Shown here: piece by piece, positions 9,888-18,891 of the stretch | Numbering within the stretch: position 1 is the stretch's first letter | How the letters are laid out: every line of letters begins with the position of its first letter | From: Candidatus Saccharimonadales bacterium | GTDB lineage: Bacteria > Patescibacteriota > Saccharimonadia > Saccharimonadales > JAXHNE01 | Direction of reading: 5' to 3' | Assembly: GCA_041600755.1 (NCBI GenBank) | Contig: JBFIJL010000003.1 | Coordinates: 36,678 to 100,677, forward strand | DNA: 64,000 nt | Position numbers and translations under genes: made by a program | Notes under the pieces: model-generated | What the model was told of the DNA's origin: nothing | Seen by the model: the letters and a program-made list of their open reading frames with translations, nothing else | Databases searched by the model: none

Positions 9888-10328
9888 TCAAGCGAACTGA
9901 TTATTATCGACAAGATACTGTAGACCATCAACCCACACTGGATGCTGATACACCGTCTTTAGAGACTCAAAACTCATCCATTGGTATGCGCTATGCTCGT
10001 GACTGAGCGTGACTTCGACGTCAGTAGCGACCTTGCCGACGAAAAGAAACCTAACTCGGCTTACCTGCTCCTTAAAATCTGTCTGGCTATAGGCAAGGTC
10101 AATTGAATCTTCTGCTATTGCAATACCGGTCTCTTCTAGGACTTCACGAATCATGCCCTCTAACGGTGACTCCTGATGATCGATAGTGCCACCTGGAAAG
10201 TCGAGTTCATTTGGGCGATGATCGTCAGTTGCCGCACGGGTCAAAACCAGTATTTCATTATTGTCGTTAAATAGCGCCGCTTTGCCAACGAGTGACGGAG
10301 GTTGAACTATGCCCACCGAGCAATACAT
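9888..10328 (-). CDS. NUDIX hydrolase
   Basis: Nudix box GGTIDHQESPLEGMIREVLEETGI. The ATG at 10328 overlaps the ppa 3' end by 22 nt, so the start is uncertain (GTG at 10316 is possible). Confidence 0.75.
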   Translation of the reverse strand: MYCSVGIVQPPSLVGKAALFNDNNEILVLTRAATDDHRPNELDFPGGTIDHQESPLEGMIREVLEETGIAIAEDSIDLAYSQTDFKEQVSRVRFLFVGKVATDVEVTLSHEHSAYQWMSFESLKTVYQHPVWVDGLQYLVDNNQFA

Positions 10329-10831
10329 TCATTAATGACTTGTTTTGCTTCGTCGATATCACCGAATGATACGACTTTAGTTGTGCCGGGCTTTTTAAGA
10401 TCTTTGTAGTGGTTAAAGTGAAACTGTATCTGATTCATGACCATTTCTGGCACATCTTGCAGCGACTGAATTGCATTACCGTTATTGCGATCATCGGCTG
10501 GGACGCAAATAATTTTGTCGTCAACCTCGCCGTCGTCAACAAATTTCATAACACCTATCACGCGTGCCTCGACAACGACTCCAGTGGTGAGCGGCTCATG
10601 GCCCAAGAACAATACATCAAGCTCATCGCCGTCTTCGTCTAGGGTTCGCGGAATAAATCCATAATCTGTTGGCTTTGCAAAAACCGATGGTTCAGCGCGG
10701 TCTAGTTGAAAAAACGCCTTTTCACGGTTCCATTCAACTTTCATGCTGCTACCCTTTGAAATTTCAATAACAACATTAACGATGCCGTTTTTGACATCTC
10801 CTGCATCTAGTATCTGGTTAAAATCTGGCAC
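10307..10831 (-). CDS. ppa: inorganic pyrophosphatase (family I)
   Basis: Family I PPase pattern (YGFIPRTLDEDGDELDVLFL). The track start at 10927 would overlap the divergent gene. GTG at 10831 is preceded by AAAGGAG and gives a typical 174-aa product. Confidence 0.85.
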   Translation of the reverse strand: MPDFNQILDAGDVKNGIVNVVIEISKGSSMKVEWNREKAFFQLDRAEPSVFAKPTDYGFIPRTLDEDGDELDVLFLGHEPLTTGVVVEARVIGVMKFVDDGEVDDKIICVPADDRNNGNAIQSLQDVPEMVMNQIQFHFNHYKDLKKPGTTKVVSFGDIDEAKQVINECIARWA

Positions 10832-10878
10832 TTTGTCTCCTTTTGGTTCGCTTCCATCATAGCGTAGAATAGTAAGAC

Positions 10879-11532
10879 ATGAAAATAAAATTTCACCACC
10901 GTGAAGATCTGACCGAACACATATCAACCTACAGCTTTGTGAAACCCACTAGTTATTACTACATAGCAGGTCAATTCATTGAGTTAAAATTGCCCCATCA
11001 AGCCGACGATAGGGGTGAAAAACGCTGGTTTACATTATCTTCTGCGCCTCACGATGAATACCTAAGCATCACCACCAAGCATAGCCTACCATCAAGCAGC
11101 TTTAAAAAAACTCTACACGATCTAAAATCTGGAGACCTTGTAGGAATCAGCGAACCGATGGGTGATTTTGTATTACCTCGGGACACGACAAAGCCATTAC
11201 TATTCGTAGCTGGCGGAATCGGCATTACGCCTTTTTTGAGCATACTGAGTGAAGTTGCACATCAAGGCAAGACTCGGGACATCACCCTCATCTATAGCGC
11301 CACAAATAAAACAGAGTTCATTCACCGTAAACTGCTCCAGGAACAATGCACTGCAAACTTTACAACTGAGCGCATTACGCCAGACTCAGTTCGTGCCATT
11401 GCTAGTAAACTTTCATCACCAACGGTTTACATGTCTGGTCCAGAGCCAATGATAGAGTCACTCTATCAATCACTGAAGGACAACTTTACTCAGTCGCAGC
11501 TACTCACTGACTACTTCCCAAATTATAAATAA
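10879..11532 (+). CDS. FNR-like FAD/NAD(P)-binding oxidoreductase
   Basis: 217 aa. RWFTLSS (RxYS-type FAD motif) and LLFVAGGIGITPFLS (NAD(P) binding) match the ferredoxin-reductase-type fold. TAGAAT 8 nt upstream of the ATG. Confidence 0.65.
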   Translation: MKIKFHHREDLTEHISTYSFVKPTSYYYIAGQFIELKLPHQADDRGEKRWFTLSSAPHDEYLSITTKHSLPSSSFKKTLHDLKSGDLVGISEPMGDFVLPRDTTKPLLFVAGGIGITPFLSILSEVAHQGKTRDITLIYSATNKTEFIHRKLLQEQCTANFTTERITPDSVRAIASKLSSPTVYMSGPEPMIESLYQSLKDNFTQSQLLTDYFPNYK

Positions 11533-11579
11533 ACTGTCTTTATCTAAATATTAGCTCAAAAAAGATACTAGCGCTCTTT

Positions 11580-12026
11580 CTATGCTGAGCGTCTAGAAAT
11601 TTCGTCTTGAACTTGGTTATATATCTGTAAATGCGTTCCAGGAATGGTTTTTAACAAATCGCTGAAAGATTCATCAAGTGCCTTGTCTACTCGCTTTAGG
11701 GCATCTTTGCCGCGTTCAGTGATGATTGCCGCCTTACTTCGACCATCTTGCTTGCTGCGCTGAATCTTTATAAGGCGTTTTAAAGTAAGGTTGTCTATTA
11801 AGGCTGTGATTTGGGGTTTTGTGACCCCAAGTGTGACCCCAAGTGCGCCAAGCACAACTCCAGTTGCAGGCCCGCGTGAAATAATACTCAACAAAAGCCA
11901 CTCTGTTGTAGTCATGTCGCCTTGCTTCTTAGCAATCGACAAGGTTCGCTGTCTCAGTGCACGATCAACCTGGGTTGCCTGCAGAATCATGTCGAACGTG
12001 GTTTTAGAACGTTTATTCATACTCAT
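11580..12026 (-). CDS. MarR-family transcriptional regulator
   Basis: 148 aa. Winged-HTH pattern (TEWLLLSII...LGVTKPQITALIDNLTLKRLI..Q....DGR). Last gene of the trxB operon. Contains a 12-bp tandem duplication at 11821-11844. Confidence 0.8.
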   Translation of the reverse strand: MSMNKRSKTTFDMILQATQVDRALRQRTLSIAKKQGDMTTTEWLLLSIISRGPATGVVLGALGVTLGVTKPQITALIDNLTLKRLIKIQRSKQDGRSKAAIITERGKDALKRVDKALDESFSDLLKTIPGTHLQIYNQVQDEISRRSA

Positions 12027-12048
12027 ATTATATCAGTCCCTTGCAAGC

Positions 12049-12993
12049 TTATTGATGATGAGGCTCAAGATACTTACGAATCATCAGGGCTGCTGTTGCA
12101 CCTTCGCCAGTGGCGCTAGCGATTTGCATGGTTGCACCACTGCGCACATCTCCAGCTGCAAATACGCCCTTCATGCTAGTCTCTAGAGTGTCATTGGTTT
12201 TTATCATGCCGACTTCATCAAGTTCGATGGCTGAATCTTTCAAAAATCCAGTGTTTGGCAACAATCCAATAAAAATAAACACTCCATCAGTCTTAAACTC
12301 AATCTTTTCATTGGTGATATTGTTTTTTGCTGCTACATGGGTAACTTTATTGTCGACACCGACAATTTCAGTGGACGATACGTTAAAGTGCACTGTAATT
12401 TTATCGGTGTTTTTTTCTAGCTCATGTTGCAGAATTTCAGATGCCCTCAAAGAATCGCCGCGAACCAATAAATCAATCTTTGTCGCGAATTTTGTTAAGA
12501 AAATTGCCTCCTGGACGGCAGAGTTACCACCACCGACGACAACCAAATGCTTATCGCGATAGAACGCACCATCACATGTTGCACAGTAATGAACGCCCCG
12601 ACCGTAATACTCTTTTTCGCCAGGTATGCCAAGTTTGCGGTAATCGCTTCCTGTCGCCAGCAGAACGGCTTTAGCTCGCACTATGCCGTCGGTCGTTTCA
12701 AGTACCTTCGTGTCGCCGTCTTCAGTAATTTTGGTTACTTCACCGAGACGAATATCCGCACCAAAACGCTCCGCCTGAAGTCGTAATTCTTCTGATAAAT
12801 CGAGACCGGAAATACCCTTGGAGAATCCTGGATAGTTGTCTACCCAGTCAGTGATTGCGGCTAGCCCGCCAATCACGCCCTTTTCGTATAAGGTTGTTTT
12901 TATATCTTCTCTGGTCGTATAAATTGCGGCAGTCAACGCAGCAGGTCCGGCTCCGATCATCACAACATCTAGTTCTTCAATTTGCTCGCTCAT
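12049..12993 (-). CDS. trxB: thioredoxin-disulfide reductase
   Basis: 314 aa. GAGPAA FAD motif, redox-active CATCDG and GGGNSAVQEA NADPH motif. Confidence 0.9.
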   Translation of the reverse strand: MSEQIEELDVVMIGAGPAALTAAIYTTREDIKTTLYEKGVIGGLAAITDWVDNYPGFSKGISGLDLSEELRLQAERFGADIRLGEVTKITEDGDTKVLETTDGIVRAKAVLLATGSDYRKLGIPGEKEYYGRGVHYCATCDGAFYRDKHLVVVGGGNSAVQEAIFLTKFATKIDLLVRGDSLRASEILQHELEKNTDKITVHFNVSSTEIVGVDNKVTHVAAKNNITNEKIEFKTDGVFIFIGLLPNTGFLKDSAIELDEVGMIKTNDTLETSMKGVFAAGDVRSGATMQIASATGEGATAALMIRKYLEPHHQ

Positions 12994-13070
12994 GCTCGCC
13001 TTTCCTATAAATTCCTTTTGTTGTCTGCTTGTCAGTTTATCCTATTTTAACATTCAAGCACTGTTTGGTC

Positions 13071-13322
13071 TTACTCTATCTCGCCAAGATAGACTTGTGA
13101 TTTCAGGGCACTAATAGCAATCTTATCAGCCTCTCTTGCTTCGCTTAGAGCAGCTAATTCATATCCTGGAATAATTGGACGGTCAGACTTCAATGCTCCA
13201 ACCCGCTTTATAGCAGTTCCCAATGCTTCCATTTGTGACTCGGGCAATTCAACGTCACTATTTGTAGGACGTGCAATTCTTGCTGTACCGCTCCCATTAA
13301 AGTCGCGTATCACTCTACCCAT
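13071..13322 (-). CDS. hypothetical small protein (83 aa)
   Basis: ATG lies 2 nt after the stop of the glutaredoxin-like gene, so it sits inside the redox operon. No recognisable motif and no Cys. Confidence 0.4.
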   Translation of the reverse strand: MGRVIRDFNGSGTARIARPTNSDVELPESQMEALGTAIKRVGALKSDRPIIPGYELAALSEAREADKIAISALKSQVYLGEIE

Positions 13323-13324
13323 AG

Positions 13325-13573
13325 CTAGCTGACCGCCGGTGCAAGCTGTCCGAGATTGTAGCCAACGATCACTGAACGAGTATCGTCATCTTTTGTCACA
13401 ACCGTCACTGGAACAGTTAGTGCACCAGACAACTCAAAGGCTTCTTGCTGACGGGTTGGGTCATCGTCCAGATTAACTTCTTCGTAACTTAACCCTTTGC
13501 TACCAAGCCATTTCTTGACCATGCCGCAGTAGCCGCAGGTGTTAGTTGTGAAGATTGTGATATTTTTTGGCAT
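13325..13573 (-). CDS. glutaredoxin-like protein (NrdH/YruB type)
   Basis: 82 aa. N-terminal beta-strand followed by the CGYC redox motif (ITIFTTNTCGYCGMVKKWL), and a TVP cis-Pro motif. Strong SD AAAGGAG. Confidence 0.75.
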   Translation of the reverse strand: MPKNITIFTTNTCGYCGMVKKWLGSKGLSYEEVNLDDDPTRQQEAFELSGALTVPVTVVTKDDDTRSVIVGYNLGQLAPAVS

Positions 13574-13625
13574 AGTCTCTCCTTTAGCCTGGTTTTTATT
13601 TGCTCATTGTAGCTTACGGTTATCC

Positions 13626-13663
13626 ATTATATAGCGTAGTCAATGTTATGCAAGACGCTATAT
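13626..13663 (-). promoter_or_regulatory. candidate promoter (TTGCAT-16-TATAAT) embedded in a 9-bp perfect inverted repeat
   Basis: Minus strand: -35 TTGCAT (13648-13653), 16-nt spacer, -10 TATAAT (13626-13631), about 50 nt upstream of the nrdH-like ATG. IR arms ATATAGCGT (13629-13637) and ACGCTATAT (13655-13663) flank the -35 box, and the promoter-proximal arm overlaps the -10 box. Confidence 0.4.
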
Positions 13664-13681
13664 GTTGTGTTTTTTGCGATT

Positions 13682-14254
13682 TTACTGGTCAACAGATACG
13701 AGTACAATATCGAACACTAGGTCGGCATTTGCTGGAATATCTGGTGATGGTGAATTTGCGCCATAAGCTTGTGCGGCTGGAATTGTAAGGCGACGAGTTC
13801 CGCCCACTTTCATGCCTGGCACACCCTTTGTCCAGCCTTCGATTACCTGATTTAGTCCAAATGGAATTGGCTGACCTGCGTCATATGAACTTTGGAAAAT
13901 TGTTCCATCCGCTGCAAGTGCACCCGTGTAATGTGCAGTTACCGTAGCTCCTTCTGTGACGACTTCACCAGTTCCTTCAACTATATCTTCGATTTTCAGT
14001 GTATCTACTGCTGACACTGGTGTAAAATTCTCTAGTTTTGTTCCTTGTAACATTGTTTCTCCTGTGTCTCCACTTAATAATGATGTATCGCCAGCCTCCA
14101 ACTGCTGTTGAGTTTCTAGTTGCGATGTAATGTCCGCCGTATCAACTGAATCGTCTTTACTGAAATCTATTATTACAAAAATGCTTAGTGCTACTGATGT
14201 CACTAGAAACAGCATTGCAATGCTAAATATAACTACACGTTTTGAATTTGACAT
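13682..14254 (-). CDS. membrane-anchored FKBP-type peptidyl-prolyl isomerase
   Basis: N-terminal TM helix followed by an FKBP domain (HYTGALADGTIFQSSYD...GWTKGVPGMKVGGTRRLTIP...LVFDIVLVSV). SD GGAGG. Confidence 0.85.
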   Translation of the reverse strand: MSNSKRVVIFSIAMLFLVTSVALSIFVIIDFSKDDSVDTADITSQLETQQQLEAGDTSLLSGDTGETMLQGTKLENFTPVSAVDTLKIEDIVEGTGEVVTEGATVTAHYTGALAADGTIFQSSYDAGQPIPFGLNQVIEGWTKGVPGMKVGGTRRLTIPAAQAYGANSPSPDIPANADLVFDIVLVSVDQ

Positions 14255-14315
14255 GATTTACCTCCGCTCATTGTCGTTATGCTCAAGTATAGCGCAACGG
14301 CGTTCTAGGTGCGAG

Positions 14316-17057
14316 TTATTTTTTGGACTTTTTGAATCTTTTAACAATGAGCCCAAACGAGACTTTAGCTCTTATTTTTTCGGCAACCAAGTAATAGTAT
14401 GGGAATGAAATCAATACGAAGAATGTACTGCTAATTAGCCCGAAGATGATTGTGAAAGCCAAGGCCTCCCAGAATGGATCAGCAAGCGCCAGTGGCAACA
14501 ATGCTACAACCGTAGTCGTGGTGGTTGCGAGTAGTGGACGGAAGCGTTTTGTTACGGCGTTACTGATAGCATCGACTGGCGATTCTCCAGCCTCACGCTC
14601 CTGATTGGCATAGGTCGTTAGCAAAATAGTGTTATTGACCGCAATACCGATTAATCCAATCAACCCCACCATTACGAAAAAGCTCAGGCTGTTATCGGTC
14701 AGATTTAATCCGCCGAATACTCCGAGGAATGTAAACGGTATTGCCATAAATATCAAAAGCGGCTGCAAGAATGATCGGAACTGTAGTGCTAGCAATACAA
14801 ACATTGAAAGTAGTGCAATTGGAAAGACTAGTCCAAGGGCTGCAAAAGAGTCAGCATTTTCTGATTCTTGACCGAAGTCATAGGTAATTTTAGCGGATTC
14901 AAAGCCCTGGATTCTCAGATACTCATCGGTGAAGATATTCTCGGTATACTCTTGAGCAGACATGAGCAGAGCAGACACATCATCTGCATCAAAACTTGCA
15001 GACACCTCAACAAATCGTTTGCCATCAGCTCGCGACACACTCGTGTTCTTGATCTCATTTACATCTGTAATTTTAGCAGCGCCACCACTAGCCCGAGTTA
15101 TCTCTGCACCGTTTATTTTATCTGAAATCTGCATGGCAAGCTGCACCGCTTTTTCTGCATCCTCGTCATAAACCTGAACCTTGAATGGGTAATCGTCAGT
15201 TGGCGGACCTGCATCAAATTGCGATACTTTGATTTTTGCCTTGTCACCAAGCACTGCATCTAGTTTTGTTTGCAATCTTGCAATTAATTCAGGAGATTTT
15301 TCATCACGTTCATTAAATGGAACCAGATCAATTAAAATGTCTGCACTGCGTGCATTTGGCTGAACAATGCTGTAACTTCCGTAAGTTACACGACGCGTAA
15401 GTGCACCCAACTCATCAGCAATAATGGCGTCCGCTTCAGACGAAGTTTGTTTTGCTGCCGCAATATCACCCGGAGCAAAGCTAAGCGATACACCAATCTG
15501 ATCACTGTCTTTGCTTGCAGGGAAGATATTGAACGGCACCTGCCCAGCAAGCGTCAAAGCCGCACCAAGACCCAGAATACTTAACGAAAACAAAAAGAAT
15601 GACAGCGGACGACCGACTTTTTTATTTTTCTTAAGCAATCGCGGCAATTCGCCAATTCGATGCGCTAACCAAGATTCAAGATTAGAAACAGGATTCATCC
15701 TTGTGATCCAACTTATCTTATGAGGTCTCAGGATTAGATACTTCGACAAAACCGGAATCAGAGTTAGTGACAATAACAGTGAGCTAAGTAACGAAATGAT
15801 GACAGTGATTGGCATTAAGCGAATAAATTCCCCAAGAATTCCAGAGATAAAAGCTAGCGGCAAAAATACAAGAATCGTAGTGAACGAACCGGCAAAGCTT
15901 GCGGCACCGATTTTGGATATCGCTTCACGAACAATGTCTTTTGGCTTCTTCTTTTTAGAATTAGCCGCATCAATCGATTCGACCACAATAGTGGCATCAT
16001 CCACAAATAAACCAAGGGAAAGAACAAGCGCGAAGAGTGTAATAGTGTTTAGTGTGTAACCTACGATATAGAGAACCAAGATAGTCAGCGCCATAACGGT
16101 CACCATGAAGATTGCAGTAATTATAGATGCGCGCCATGTGATGAGCAGGAGAGTTACGAGTGCAACTGCAATTAAACCAGTAATGAGGTTGCTTTCCAGC
16201 GAACTAATTTGCGTCTTTATAGATTCTGCAAAGTCAGCACCAATCACAACCTGGTAATCATTATTGTTGTTCGGAATTTCGTACGCAGCCAAGTATCCCG
16301 TTACCGCCTCAGATAACTCTATGACATCAACGTCATCTGTTCGATTGACACCAATCAGCACACTGTCGTAAAAAACTGCCTTTTCGTTTTCAGAGAATGC
16401 AACTCTATTGAATGAGGTTTGAACTTTTTGAATTTGCCCAGTTTGTGGATTAGCTAGCTCGTTTATTTGTGACAAAGATTCTGCCGCAGCCACCGCATCG
16501 TCACTAACCAATGCCCCAGCTACCCCGTCGGCCACGGCTTGCAGTTCTTCTGGTGATGCTCCATTTTTTGCATAAACACTAAGTAGCATGTCGTACTTAT
16601 TCAAGTAAGCTGAAGGATCGATACTTAAAACCTGCACTTGTGCTTCTGCTGGCAGCTTGCCTGCAATTGCTTCTTGAATTGCCTGGGCACCTGCCTCGGA
16701 GGTAACCGATTCATCAAAATACACGACGCCATTAAAGTCGTTAGCGTTAGAAGTAGTCTGGACTGTATCTACACCTTCAATTTGACTAACTGCATCATAA
16801 AAGGGCTGCGCGAGCTGACTGTCAACCACGTCCTTGTCATTAGCTGCATAAAATCCACTCACGAAACCTAGCGGAAACTGGATTGGCGGAAAACCTTCAC
16901 GCTTAATGATCGAAGAGTACACTGCACCGCCGGATACGAGCAGTATAAGAACTCCAAGAAGCGCCAACCGCGCATGTGCGAAAAAGTAGCTCGAGAACCT
17001 AGCAAGATATCCGGTTTTTGCCAACTTCTTGTTCGGTGCGGTTTTTGCTTTTCTCAT
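14316..17057 (-). CDS. RND-superfamily efflux permease (AcrB-like)
   Basis: About 913 aa with two 6-TM bundles and large loops in AcrB-like layout. ATG at 17057 is preceded by AAAGGAG and directly follows the ABC gene stop. The track start at 17087 is unlikely. Confidence 0.75.
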   Translation of the reverse strand: MRKAKTAPNKKLAKTGYLARFSSYFFAHARLALLGVLILLVSGGAVYSSIIKREGFPPIQFPLGFVSGFYAANDKDVVDSQLAQPFYDAVSQIEGVDTVQTTSNANDFNGVVYFDESVTSEAGAQAIQEAIAGKLPAEAQVQVLSIDPSAYLNKYDMLLSVYAKNGASPEELQAVADGVAGALVSDDAVAAAESLSQINELANPQTGQIQKVQTSFNRVAFSENEKAVFYDSVLIGVNRTDDVDVIELSEAVTGYLAAYEIPNNNNDYQVVIGADFAESIKTQISSLESNLITGLIAVALVTLLLITWRASIITAIFMVTVMALTILVLYIVGYTLNTITLFALVLSLGLFVDDATIVVESIDAANSKKKKPKDIVREAISKIGAASFAGSFTTILVFLPLAFISGILGEFIRLMPITVIISLLSSLLLSLTLIPVLSKYLILRPHKISWITRMNPVSNLESWLAHRIGELPRLLKKNKKVGRPLSFFLFSLSILGLGAALTLAGQVPFNIFPASKDSDQIGVSLSFAPGDIAAAKQTSSEADAIIADELGALTRRVTYGSYSIVQPNARSADILIDLVPFNERDEKSPELIARLQTKLDAVLGDKAKIKVSQFDAGPPTDDYPFKVQVYDEDAEKAVQLAMQISDKINGAEITRASGGAAKITDVNEIKNTSVSRADGKRFVEVSASFDADDVSALLMSAQEYTENIFTDEYLRIQGFESAKITYDFGQESENADSFAALGLVFPIALLSMFVLLALQFRSFLQPLLIFMAIPFTFLGVFGGLNLTDNSLSFFVMVGLIGLIGIAVNNTILLTTYANQEREAGESPVDAISNAVTKRFRPLLATTTTTVVALLPLALADPFWEALAFTIIFGLISSTFFVLISFPYYYLVAEKIRAKVSFGLIVKRFKKSKK

Positions 17058-17070
17058 TTTTTCTCCTTTA

Positions 17071-18843
17071 TTACGCTGCAATGTCATAAGCTTTAAGTTT
17101 CTTCTTGCTTGCCTCAGTTTTGCCCCCCTGGAGCTTCAAGAGCTGTCCATAGATTCCATTGGTTTTTGCAAGTTCACGCGGTGAACCGATCTCATCAACT
17201 GTGCCATTTTTCAGCGTAATAATCTGATCAACATCCTTGATTGTACTGAGCCTGTGAGCAATGATTAGTGTCGTTCGGCCTTCCATAAGCCTATCGAGCG
17301 CCTCTTGTACTGTAACCTCACTTTTACTGTCTAGGCTGCTAGTTGCTTCATCCAAAATTAGTATTGGTGCATTTTTAAGTAGTGCGCGGGCGATTGCTAT
17401 GCGTTGCTTCTGCCCACCTGATAAGCGCAGCCCTCGCTCACCAATTTCTGTCTCGTATCCATTCTCGAACTTTGTTATGAAATCGTGGGCGTTGGCAGCC
17501 TTCGCGGCTGAGATAATCTGCTTATCTGTTGCCAGAGGCTGAGCATACGCAATGTTGGCTTTGATAGAGCCGCTAAAAAGTGCCGGCTCCTGGAACACTG
17601 CACCAATATTGCGGCGAAGCGAAAGCTGCTTTACTTCGTCTATATTTACACCATCAATAGTAATCGCTCCAGATTCTGGTTCATACAAACGCATTAGCAA
17701 ATTGGTTATTGTGGATTTTCCTTCTCCGCTCTCACCAACCAACGCAATCTTGGTGCCTGGCCTGGCTTCAAAGCTTATCTCTTTTAGAACTGGTTGATTC
17801 TTGTCGTAACTAAAGCTCACATTATCAAAAACTACATGTCCCTCAGTTACCTCAAGCGTGCCGGCTAGTTTCTTGTCTGTTATTGCCGGTTTTACATCCA
17901 TGATTTCAAAATAATCTCGACTGTCGGCTACAGCCTTCTGCATGTTTTCGACCAAGAAACTGATTGTAAATATCGGAATACGAATCTGAGCTGAAAGCAA
18001 AATCAATGCAACCGCCACACCAGGAGAGTAAAGTCCGCTGGCCGCTTGGATAAATATAAACAAATATACGAAAAAGAAAATTATATTCAGCACTAGCCGT
18101 CGCCGCACATCGCGTTCATGCCAAAATTTTGATTGAGGCTTATTTATTGCAACCACAGACTGTAGGTGCTTTCGGAAGAATATTAGCTCGTTTTTTTCTT
18201 GCACGAAGCTTTTGACAACCTTCACTTGATTGATCGCTTCAGCAAACCGCCCACCAGATATATCTATATGTTCATTCTTCTTGGCTTGATACTTTTGCCA
18301 CCTATTACTAGTTTTAATAGTTAGGTAGATATATACCGGATATAGCAAAAATAAAAGCAGGGCTACTTGCCAACTGTAAAAAGCTACAAGCGCTAACGAG
18401 AAAATGGTTGTAAGAATAAACTGTAAAAAGTTATTGCTCATCATCTGCATAAAGGTCGTGATCTGCACTATCGAACGGTTCAGCCGGTTGATTATCTTGC
18501 CTGAAATCTCGTTATCAAAATAACTTTGAGGCAAAGACAATAGATGCTCAAAATATCGCACACTCAAGATTTTATTAAGCTTAATCCCCATTTGATCGCC
18601 CCAGTAACCAACTAGATTGTTCAAAAAAGTTCCTGCAATATCTAGCACAAAAATTCCAAGTGCGAACCATACTAACCGGCTAATATCTGCATCAGTTCCC
18701 CGTTGAATTTCGTCTATGGCTCGTCCGCTCAGAAGCGGCAGTATCAATTGGCTTAAACTTACGACCACCATCAGTATGCTGATGCCGACGTAGTATTTTT
18801 TTAACTCCCCTGCAGAACGAAGTATCTTAAATATATGTTTCAC
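17071..18843 (-). CDS. ABC exporter, fused permease/ATPase (MsbA-like)
   Basis: 590 aa. 6-TM N-terminal domain, Walker A GESGEGKST, signature LSGGQKQR and Walker B ILILDEATS. GTG start. Confidence 0.9.
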   Translation of the reverse strand: MKHIFKILRSAGELKKYYVGISILMVVVSLSQLILPLLSGRAIDEIQRGTDADISRLVWFALGIFVLDIAGTFLNNLVGYWGDQMGIKLNKILSVRYFEHLLSLPQSYFDNEISGKIINRLNRSIVQITTFMQMMSNNFLQFILTTIFSLALVAFYSWQVALLLFLLYPVYIYLTIKTSNRWQKYQAKKNEHIDISGGRFAEAINQVKVVKSFVQEKNELIFFRKHLQSVVAINKPQSKFWHERDVRRRLVLNIIFFFVYLFIFIQAASGLYSPGVAVALILLSAQIRIPIFTISFLVENMQKAVADSRDYFEIMDVKPAITDKKLAGTLEVTEGHVVFDNVSFSYDKNQPVLKEISFEARPGTKIALVGESGEGKSTITNLLMRLYEPESGAITIDGVNIDEVKQLSLRRNIGAVFQEPALFSGSIKANIAYAQPLATDKQIISAAKAANAHDFITKFENGYETEIGERGLRLSGGQKQRIAIARALLKNAPILILDEATSSLDSKSEVTVQEALDRLMEGRTTLIIAHRLSTIKDVDQIITLKNGTVDEIGSPRELAKTNGIYGQLLKLQGGKTEASKKKLKAYDIAA

Positions 18844-18891
18844 TTTTATTTAGAGTAGCGCAATTTGCGACGTTTGGCGAACATTTATGTC

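Noticed and set aside
12110-12562. Long antisense ORFs inside well-supported genes (12110-12562, 22708-23187, 31719-32099, 32385-32906, 38233-38691, 40590-40937, 61474-61953)
   Set aside because: Each lies entirely within and opposite to a gene with strong family motifs. They show no SD or promoter context and have low-complexity or atypical composition.
13600-13788. 62-aa plus-strand ORF between the nrdH-like and FKBP genes
   Set aside because: It overlaps the promoter and inverted-repeat region and the FKBP 3' end, is Cys/Val-rich and has no SD, so it is judged spurious.
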